Virus record (IMG/VR): IMGVR_UViG_3300032257_000080
Span: 1 to 30,754 of that record
DNA from: a virus
Taxonomy: Duplodnaviria; Caudoviricetes
Direction: 5' to 3' (one strand)
Length of the DNA stretch: 30,754 nucleotides
Position numbers and translations under genes: made by a program. Position 1 is the stretch's first letter. The number at the start of each line of letters is the position of its first letter. A model generated the notes under the pieces. It ran no database searches. It worked only from the letters and a program-made list of their open reading frames with translations, and was not told the DNA's origin. This document shows, piece after piece, positions 24,221 to 30,754 of this stretch.

Positions 24221-24457
24221 ATGACTCGCCGCAGAGTACCAACCAAAGAGCAAATTGACTTTATGATCAAGTCTAAAGAAGGCTCTCAGGAGTGCGCTAT
24301 CAAGGTAGGATATAGCGCCGCCACTGTTTGTAAATATCGCAGATTATATGGCTATGGCATTAAGCATTATAAATTTGGAGACAAGGAAGCAGTTAAATTT
24401 AAGCAGCCGAACATGAGCAATCCAGCTAATAAATTTTTATATGGTGCAATAGTATGA
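24221..24457 (+). CDS. Small HTH protein
   Basis: ECAIKVGYSAATVCKYRR HTH pattern. Confidence 0.65.
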   Translation: MTRRRVPTKEQIDFMIKSKEGSQECAIKVGYSAATVCKYRRLYGYGIKHYKFGDKEAVKFKQPNMSNPANKFLYGAIV

Positions 24458-24684
24458 ATATTACATGCACCTGCGGTCAGTCGCTTGATCGAAATGTGAT
24501 GGGTATTAGATCGCATTTAGCCGGAAGCAAGCACCCAGAACTTAAGTTTCCATCTGGCAAGGTAAAACCTAAAGCGCTTGAAAAAGCCAGATACGCTTTA
24601 ATGTATTCGGAAACAAGTAGCCTTAATGAGCCTGCAGGAACTCAGGAAGAGAGAGTGCGCGCTAAAATGTCGGGGATTAGCTAA
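24454..24684 (+). CDS. Hypothetical protein, possible C2H2-type zinc site
   Basis: CTCG...H....H spacing; coupled to neighbours. Confidence 0.65.
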   Translation: MNITCTCGQSLDRNVMGIRSHLAGSKHPELKFPSGKVKPKALEKARYALMYSETSSLNEPAGTQEERVRAKMSGIS

Positions 24685-24920
24685 TGACAGTATTAACCGA
24701 TGAAATGAAGAAAATCATAATGGACTCGCCATTAAGCGGCATTCAGATTGCCAAGGAGTTAGGCGTAGGCCATACGACAGTAACCGTTTACCGAAGCTCT
24801 CACGGCTATAAAAAAGAGCATCGCGGATCGGTTAGAGGCGACAGAAGTAAACCGCCTCTTAAGAAAGAAGTTAGACCGGACAAAAATAGTTTTTTTAGTA
24901 TGAAGTTAATTAATAGTTAG
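24684..24920 (+). CDS. Small HTH protein
   Basis: QIAKELGVGHTTVTVYR HTH pattern. Confidence 0.7.
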   Translation: MTVLTDEMKKIIMDSPLSGIQIAKELGVGHTTVTVYRSSHGYKKEHRGSVRGDRSKPPLKKEVRPDKNSFFSMKLINS

Positions 24921-24929
24921 GAGATAGTG

Positions 24930-25121
24930 ATGGGGTTGAATGGTATAGAAACTAGATTTGCTTTTTTGCCTAGAGTCGTTAGTACATGGCGAGGCACAAA
25001 GGCATTAATCTGGCTGCAAACATATTGCGTTGATACTGGTAGCTATTTTGTGCCTCTTAATGGTGACGATAACGACTCGCCTTGGTGCAATAAACTGGGC
25101 TTTCTAAGTCTTGAATTTTAA
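24930..25121 (+). CDS. Hypothetical protein
   Basis: RFAFLPR...IWLQTY; AGGAG RBS. Confidence 0.65.
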   Translation: MGLNGIETRFAFLPRVVSTWRGTKALIWLQTYCVDTGSYFVPLNGDDNDSPWCNKLGFLSLEF

Positions 25122-25160
25122 ATTAACCCGCCCTTATGGGTGTATAATTGGAGAGAGAGA

Positions 25161-25343
25161 ATGAAAACAAGCACAATGTTAATAGTAGCAGCATTATTAA
25201 TTACGCCATGGATTTGGAACGCGGCAAAGTTTGCAAGCTGTGACTTTGAATCGAATTATAAATGCGAGGCAATTCACGGTATCGGCGTATTTGTTCCGCC
25301 AGCCGCTTATGTTACTGTCTGGTTTGATGATGACGGCGAATAA
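25161..25343 (+). CDS. Small membrane protein
   Basis: Hydrophobic N-terminus, CDF...CEAIHGIGV; GGAG RBS. Confidence 0.7.
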   Translation: MKTSTMLIVAALLITPWIWNAAKFASCDFESNYKCEAIHGIGVFVPPAAYVTVWFDDDGE

Positions 25344-25353
25344 ATAAGTTTAT

Positions 25354-25413
25354 GGCAACCAGCTACCGCCTTTTAACAATATGAATCAAGTAATAGGTAG
25401 TTGGTTGTCGCCA
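25354..25413 (+). ncRNA. Long hairpin ending in G-CCA (minihelix-like)
   Basis: GGCAACCAGCTACC pairs with GGTAGTTGGTTGTC (14 bp including G-U pairs), followed by GCCA. Confidence 0.45.
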
Positions 25414-25418
25414 TATAT

Positions 25419-25500
25419 GGTTGGTGTAGCTTAAAGTAGAGTGGTGTGCAAGCCTAGGAAATTGCCATCGGTGCAGGTTCAAGCCCTGTCACCAACCCCA
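25419..25500 (+). tRNA. tRNA-like element with non-canonical anticodon arm (identity undetermined)
   Basis: GGTTGGTG/CACCAACC acceptor plus CCA; TAGCTT..AGAG D-arm; GCAGG-TTCAAGC-CCTGT T-arm; extended anticodon stem with 10-nt loop. Confidence 0.7.
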
Positions 25501-25517
25501 ATATTAAGAGGTGGGCT

Positions 25518-25730
25518 GTGGAATTAATAAAAACAAATAGACCTCATTGGCATCCGATAAAAAATCTGGACACATTGAGACAGTTTACAATGTGCGAAGA
25601 TACAAGGCATGTTTTAGATAATTGGGGCATGAAATACTTAGATATTCGCATCGATATGAGAACAGGAAATTTTGCGGTAAGAGAAGGAAATACCGATAAG
25701 CCGCAATATATTAAAATAGCAAAAGAATGA
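25518..25730 (+). CDS. Hypothetical protein
   Basis: 70 aa, GAGGTG RBS, GTG start. Confidence 0.7.
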   Translation: MELIKTNRPHWHPIKNLDTLRQFTMCEDTRHVLDNWGMKYLDIRIDMRTGNFAVREGNTDKPQYIKIAKE

Positions 25731-25912
25731 ATACCGAACAAAGAATGCAAAAACAGCGAGCCTTTCACAGCCACCAATATGCTATGAAGCTGTATAGGGA
25801 TAAAACGGGATTGATGGCTGATGACTTTAAGCATAGAGCAAGCGTGTACGGTCGTGATTGGGCTGAGAAGATTTGGGGCTTGCGTAATTTGATCAAACGA
25901 GGTGAGAGATGA
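25727..25912 (+). CDS. Hypothetical protein
   Basis: ATGA-coupled on both sides. Confidence 0.65.
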   Translation: MNTEQRMQKQRAFHSHQYAMKLYRDKTGLMADDFKHRASVYGRDWAEKIWGLRNLIKRGER

Positions 25913-26049
25913 CAATATCAAAACGACAAAGAATAAAGCTAAGAAGTCGTAAATATAACGACATGAAGCCTCATGTATTTGATAAGCTGCTTGCGTTATT
26001 GCCTCATGTTATGGATGGGATAAGCATTCCTAATCACTATGAAAGCTGA
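25909..26049 (+). CDS. Hypothetical basic protein (46 aa)
   Basis: Not in ORF track. MTISKRQRIKLRSRKY...; GAGGTGA RBS; fills the gap before ninB. Confidence 0.55.
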   Translation: MTISKRQRIKLRSRKYNDMKPHVFDKLLALLPHVMDGISIPNHYES

Positions 26050-26500
26050 AACTATTTATCTAACCAGTCAGGACAAGGTGCAAGATGTAGTCGATACCAT
26101 ACTTAATCTTGAGGTCGGGAATAAATACAAGGTCGAGATATCTGACGCAGGATGTAAGACAAGCCGCCAAAACAGATACCAAAGAAGACTATGCAGGGAT
26201 GTCGCTAAATCTGGAATAGGAGGCCGGAACGAAGTAACACCAGAGAAGGTGCATATCAAATGCAAATACCTTTTCGCACTTCCTGTGATACTGGAAAAAG
26301 ATGAAAACTTTGCATGGCTTTATGAGATGGTTAGAAAGGAAGTTGATAACGATAAAGACAAGTTGATGTGGTTTGTCGATAAGCACGTAAGCACAATGGA
26401 TTTTACGGTTAGTGAAGGCGCTAATTATATTCAGGATATGATTGATTACTATGCCCCGATGGGAGCAAATCTGACCGATCCGAAAGAATACAATCTATGA
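26039..26500 (+). CDS. ninB: NinB family recombination protein
   Basis: KTSRQNRY..., STMDFTVSEGANYI pattern; adjacent to NinG. Confidence 0.75.
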   Translation: MKAETIYLTSQDKVQDVVDTILNLEVGNKYKVEISDAGCKTSRQNRYQRRLCRDVAKSGIGGRNEVTPEKVHIKCKYLFALPVILEKDENFAWLYEMVRKEVDNDKDKLMWFVDKHVSTMDFTVSEGANYIQDMIDYYAPMGANLTDPKEYNL

Positions 26501-27105
26501 AACAAACAGCCCTTAAGCCAGCAAGGAAGAAAGCCTGTAAAGTCTGTCAGGAGAAATTCACACCCCCTAATACACTCGCTCGCACCTGTAGCATTAAATG
26601 TGCAATTATTGACGGCGAATCAGCCAAGAAAGAAAGCATCAAGACCGAGAAGAAAGAAAACCGGAAGGCATTAAGGGAATATAAAGCAAACAACAAAACT
26701 TATAATCAGCTAATCAAAGAAGCATGGGCACCATGCAGTAAATTTATAAGGTTAGTCCGCGATATCAATGAGCCATGTATAAGTTGTGGGCGTTATGATC
26801 ATGAAATAACCGAGCCATTAACGGGTGGCAAATTTGATGCAGGCCACTACCTCGGTAAAGCTGCTCACCCCGAGTTAAGATTTCATCCTGATAATATTCA
26901 CAAACAATGCAAGACCTGCAATGGTGGCGCTGGTAAATACGCTAAGAAAAACCACACTGTCACACAGTCCTACAGGGTTAATTTAATCGAAAAGATAGGC
27001 GTTGATCGGGTCAACTACCTAGAAGGCCACCACCAAGCCCAAAATTGGACTCATGATGACCTCAAAGACATAGCTAAACACTATAAAGAAAGCTCAAAGC
27101 TTTAG
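26497..27105 (+). CDS. ninG: NinG/Rap family endonuclease
   Basis: CKVC...CSIKC, FIRLVRD...PCISCG...DAGHY...LRFHPDNIHKQC..CN. Confidence 0.92.
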   Translation: MKQTALKPARKKACKVCQEKFTPPNTLARTCSIKCAIIDGESAKKESIKTEKKENRKALREYKANNKTYNQLIKEAWAPCSKFIRLVRDINEPCISCGRYDHEITEPLTGGKFDAGHYLGKAAHPELRFHPDNIHKQCKTCNGGAGKYAKKNHTVTQSYRVNLIEKIGVDRVNYLEGHHQAQNWTHDDLKDIAKHYKESSKL

Positions 27106-27125
27106 CCATGTAGACAAAGACAATC

Positions 27126-27154
27126 CGCGAGTGATGATAGGCATTACTACCGCG
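27126..27154. terminator. Hairpin between convergent operons
   Basis: CGCG-AGTGATG / CATTACT-AC-CGCG stem between ninG and tailspike stops; no clear T tract. Confidence 0.35.
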
Positions 27155-27180
27155 ACAAGCTAAAGGGGATTAGTTAATTA

Positions 27181-28917
27181 CTACACATAAGTGTAGCCAG
27201 TACCAAAGGCGTTATTTACAACCGACTCTATCTCCCAAAATCCATCTTCCGCACAGTAAAGAACAACACCAACCCAATCAACAGCGATATTGATATACTG
27301 TCCGGCTGTGCCGCCTCTAATAATTTCCGTTCCATCTGGCTTAATTCTGTAGTTGGTTATTCCCGCCTCGTCAGACCTGATTATCTTATATCTAAGCCCT
27401 GTAACAGCAGGCGGCAATAAGGCATCACAAGAGCCTGATGGATATCTACCTATTAATGTCCATCCATTTAATGAAGGATCTAATAATTGACTGAAAGCTG
27501 TCTGTATGAGCTGCTTAGATACGCCCTCAATGGCATAAAGCTCTGGAAGAATGTTGTTAGTAGGATCGCCAGCAAAAGAGAATCCAGTAGATTTAAAATT
27601 ATCTAAATCGACTTTTATAATATCCTCTTTACCAGCCATTAGCGTAGTGAGGTTGACACCAGAAGCAGCAACTAAAGCAACAGTTTGATTAAAGCCTGTA
27701 CAGTCTTTCATTGTGAGCAGGTTAGGCGTGTCGAACAATCTAACTACTCCGCGCCCTGTAGCGATTGCTCCGTCCACTGTATATGCATCTGAATTAGTTA
27801 TACTAACCACTGTCGGTCTAATATCAGTATCATCATTTGCAGGCGCAAAGTTATTGACCAATGTCTTGCTTCCGCTTTCTCCACCAGCTCTAAACTTATC
27901 GAGAATAACAACGCCTGTCCGATGCCCGCCAGCTGTGGCCCTGTTGTTAATCCATGCAGTTTCACTAAAGCCACCAGTAGCGCCGGGGACACCTATGGTA
28001 TTATTTATAATCAACTTCCCTGCGTTTTCAATACCCGCCTGATTATTTGCTGTTCTATCGCCCTGCTTGATCCATGAGTCATTAATAACCACGCAATCAC
28101 CAGTGATGATATTGATCTCGGTATCACATTTAAACCAAACGCAATTACCAAATATACCGATAGAGCTTTGGCAGTCGTAAGATACCGCTGTTGGACACGC
28201 TACAAATTTACAATCCTCCCATGATAGAAGTCCTGCATCTTGATTATTATTATCAATATCAAATCCATTTGATTCGTGTATTGAAAGCCCCTTTGCTCGG
28301 AACCTGTAAAAGCCATTGGTAATAGCGTTACTAAATGCGTAGTGTGTTGACGAGCATTTAAATATAGCTTCGTCGCATGTAAGGGTTGTGTATGGGTAAA
28401 TCCCTACCGTTAAATCAAGAACATAAACCCCTTTTGGAAAATAAACAGGAATATTGGATTTATCTCCTATAGACGCATAACCAGAGCCTTGCACTACTGA
28501 GTTTGAATAATCTATAGCCGCTTGAATCGAAGACTGATCGTCGGTGCTATTATCACCAACAGCTCCAAACCACGCCACACTGATAGCGCCAGAATAATCC
28601 CTAACCCAAGCCGTAGACCCATCGCCCCCGGTAGGGATAAACTGAGTACCGCAATATGAGCCGCCATTGTCTGAATAAGTCGCTGCCGCCGCGCCTGTGA
28701 CAGCTTTGAATAATCCGCCGTCCGAACCATTAACAAACAGCATTGCGTCTGCAACAGGCGTTAGTAATACCGCCGCCGCTTTATTGGTTGCCGTTCTGGT
28801 GTTGACTGCATCAAAAGCCGTGTTGATAGCTGAGAAGTTATCACGGACGCTTTGAGTTGTCGCTGTGCCTGTGGTGGGCTTGGTTGCATCAATATTGCTT
28901 GTGTCTATAATTCCCAT
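27181..28917 (-). CDS. Tailspike / receptor-binding protein with pectate-lyase-like beta-helix
   Basis: VAWFGAVGDNSTDDQSSIQAAID...VYFPKGVY motif followed by beta-helix-like repeats; last late gene. Confidence 0.85.
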   Translation of the reverse strand: MGIIDTSNIDATKPTTGTATTQSVRDNFSAINTAFDAVNTRTATNKAAAVLLTPVADAMLFVNGSDGGLFKAVTGAAAATYSDNGGSYCGTQFIPTGGDGSTAWVRDYSGAISVAWFGAVGDNSTDDQSSIQAAIDYSNSVVQGSGYASIGDKSNIPVYFPKGVYVLDLTVGIYPYTTLTCDEAIFKCSSTHYAFSNAITNGFYRFRAKGLSIHESNGFDIDNNNQDAGLLSWEDCKFVACPTAVSYDCQSSIGIFGNCVWFKCDTEINIITGDCVVINDSWIKQGDRTANNQAGIENAGKLIINNTIGVPGATGGFSETAWINNRATAGGHRTGVVILDKFRAGGESGSKTLVNNFAPANDDTDIRPTVVSITNSDAYTVDGAIATGRGVVRLFDTPNLLTMKDCTGFNQTVALVAASGVNLTTLMAGKEDIIKVDLDNFKSTGFSFAGDPTNNILPELYAIEGVSKQLIQTAFSQLLDPSLNGWTLIGRYPSGSCDALLPPAVTGLRYKIIRSDEAGITNYRIKPDGTEIIRGGTAGQYINIAVDWVGVVLYCAEDGFWEIESVVNNAFGTGYTYV

Positions 28918-29093
28918 TACTGCTCCACATAAACAGGCGTGCTTCCTGTTTCATTTGTATAATCTGTCGGGTCTATATCCCAGAAAGTAATCGCAATATT
29001 ACCTGTTACATCCCAAGCTGCGTCCCAAGTCGTTACGTTCTTTTTATCTTCATTGTAATTAACTTCGGTGTTAGTGGTTTCTGTGTAGGCCAT
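28917..29093 (-). CDS. Small tail-associated protein (58 aa)
   Basis: Not in ORF track. MAYTETTNTEVNY...WD..WD...WD; TAATG overlaps on both sides. Confidence 0.7.
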   Translation of the reverse strand: MAYTETTNTEVNYNEDKKNVTTWDAAWDVTGNIAITFWDIDPTDYTNETGSTPVYVEQ

Positions 29094-30490
29094 TATTCGG
29101 CCTCATCTTCTGCTCTACCGCCTTGTAAAAGACCTTGCTGAATAAGTGTACTTCTGACTTTTGGATCAATCATGTTCATCATTCCAGCGTCTTGAAGCTC
29201 TCTTAATTTAATAGCAATTTTAGCTTTATTGGCTTCTAATAATGCCGCAGCGCCACCGATAGCAGCAGCTGGGGCATCTCCCACTTGAGCGCCAGTAACA
29301 ATTTTAGCGGGTGCGCCCAATCCTATTAAATCACGCCTTTCAATTCGAGAAGCTGCTTTTCTTAATGGCTCATTAAGTTTAATCAGGCTTGATAATTCTT
29401 TGTTGATATCAGCAACCTCTGGAACAACAGACTCAACGCCTTCTCTGGCCGCTCTTGCCGTCGCCTTGCTCGCTTGCTCTGTTCCAGTTTCTGGTTTTTG
29501 GCCGGGTATTACCGAATACTTAGCCTTCTTTTGAGCGCTCTGTTTGAATTTCTGCATTTGTGCAGGAGTAACAGTATTACCCGGCATGTTATCCAGTAAT
29601 TCGGTCATATCCTTAGCGACTTTATTGACCTGAGCCAAATCTTTTTTAGCGTCGATTTGTAACCCGCCCACTGATCGACGCGCTTCTTTCAATCGAGAAT
29701 AAAGCTGCGCTTTCGGGATGGTCTTACCTGACTTAGTGGCCTTATCGATCAATTTATTTAGCTTATCGCCTAGCTCTGATGAGTATTTCTCTAATGCAAT
29801 AATACCTTTCTCAGTCGGCATGATTTTATGCTTCAAAGCTGTTTCGGCAAGCTTGGTTTGTCCGCCAATATCTTTAACGTCAATCGACCCGGGGAATTTA
29901 GCTGCGCGTTTATAAAGATCGGTAGCAACACCGCGAGGGATAAGCTTGCCTGCCGCTGTTTTAGCGCCACCCACCATTAAATTGATAGGATCAGTTGCCA
30001 TGCCCGCTTTACCGATTTTCTCAGCCATGCCGCCAGATTTAGCCAGCATTGATCCGCCGCCAGCTAAAAGGCCCGTTAAGTCTAGTCCAGCTCCGGCAGG
30101 GTCAGTGATTAATGTCTCTTTAATTGCCTCTGGTGAGCCATAACGCCCTTTGGCATATCTGCCTAATGCCTCTGGATATTGCTCCCATTCTGATTTCTCA
30201 TAAGGCTTAATGCCTGCTGATTCTGGAAGCTGCTCTGACATTTCGCGGGTTCGCTTAGCTAATCCACCAGCCGCTGTCTTGCCTAGTGTTGAAGCCATCT
30301 CAGGCCAATTCATAGGGTTAAGCGTTGATAGTATATCTTCACCAGCCTGTGCCGCACTTGCCGGAATATTGCCGATTAAATCAGACCACTCAGACGGCTC
30401 GTCCTTATGTGGAACAAAACCGCCTTTCGTGTACTTAACCGCTGTACCATCTGGCAAGTCGTAAACGTCACCTATTTTATAATCGGCCAT
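29093..30490 (-). CDS. Putative DNA ejection (internal virion) protein
   Basis: 465 aa, A/G/K-rich and helical, position before tailspike as in P22-like phages. Confidence 0.7.
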   Translation of the reverse strand: MADYKIGDVYDLPDGTAVKYTKGGFVPHKDEPSEWSDLIGNIPASAAQAGEDILSTLNPMNWPEMASTLGKTAAGGLAKRTREMSEQLPESAGIKPYEKSEWEQYPEALGRYAKGRYGSPEAIKETLITDPAGAGLDLTGLLAGGGSMLAKSGGMAEKIGKAGMATDPINLMVGGAKTAAGKLIPRGVATDLYKRAAKFPGSIDVKDIGGQTKLAETALKHKIMPTEKGIIALEKYSSELGDKLNKLIDKATKSGKTIPKAQLYSRLKEARRSVGGLQIDAKKDLAQVNKVAKDMTELLDNMPGNTVTPAQMQKFKQSAQKKAKYSVIPGQKPETGTEQASKATARAAREGVESVVPEVADINKELSSLIKLNEPLRKAASRIERRDLIGLGAPAKIVTGAQVGDAPAAAIGGAAALLEANKAKIAIKLRELQDAGMMNMIDPKVRSTLIQQGLLQGGRAEDEAE

Positions 30491-30754
30491 TTATTTTCTC
30501 TTTACCGCGCCGGGTGGTAATGTTTGAATACCTTGAGGAGGTGGCGTTTCGCCACGGTAAGCGCCTAATAATTTAGTAGTTTCTGGCGATGGCTTATAAG
30601 GATCATAAAGCCCTCTTGTAAATGTCGCTTTCGTTGGGTCTAACTGATAGCTTTCTGCTAATTTCTCAAAAGTAGCCTTACGCTTGCCGAATCCCGTTAG
30701 AGCCTCGTTGTATAATTTACCGGCTCTGTTTGTAAAATCAGCTCTTTGGGTAGG
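30491..30754 (-). CDS. C-terminal part of a putative ejection protein (starts outside window)
   Basis: Open frame PTQRADFTNRAGKLY...LPPGAVKRK with TAA at 30491-30493, abutting next gene. Confidence 0.65.
   Translation of the reverse strand, partial: PTQRADFTNRAGKLYNEALTGFGKRKATFEKLAESYQLDPTKATFTRGLYDPYKPSPETTKLLGAYRGETPPPQGIQTLPPGAVKRK

Noticed and set aside
25451-25460. CTA in the loop as an amber-suppressor anticodon implying stop-codon recoding
   Set aside because: Loop is 10 nt without U33 geometry, and TAG serves as a normal stop for intact genes such as portal, ninG and tailspike
27713-30464. Plus-strand ORFs and nested minus-strand ORFs within tailspike and ejection genes
   Set aside because: Shadow frames of long, well-supported minus-strand genes

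Overview
The window is about 31 kb of a tailed dsDNA phage with a P22-like (podovirus-type) morphogenesis module, probably infecting a Gammaproteobacterium (inferred from sigma70 promoters and NinB/NinG genes). The minus strand carries an early-left operon (HNH-AP2 nuclease, ERF, YqaJ exonuclease, YopX; 15075->11695). It runs directly into late genes: holin-like genes, accessory virion proteins, TerS, TerL, portal and a partial scaffold. At the other end of the window lie ejection proteins and a tailspike (30754->27181). The plus strand carries an early-right operon (15236->27105) of many small ORFs, a replication-initiator-like protein, an IbrB-IbrA-MazG cassette, a tRNA-like element, NinB and NinG. 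No integrase, CI repressor, N/Q antiterminator, helicase or endolysin is recognisable. The most notable signals are: (1) a ~400-nt promoter-driven, nested multi-stem non-coding element at 18135-18540; (2) two tandem CCA-ending tRNA-like RNAs at 25354-25500; (3) an operator-controlled ParB + PAPS-reductase-like + MazG cassette, a candidate DNA-modification system; (4) two paralogous twin-arginine-signal proteins flanking the packaging genes; (5) a recurrent intergenic linker motif bounding small accessory genes, including an exact 16-bp direct repeat; (6) two unannotated lysine-rich mini-peptides. All calls come from reading the sequence by eye; no searches or folding programs were run.
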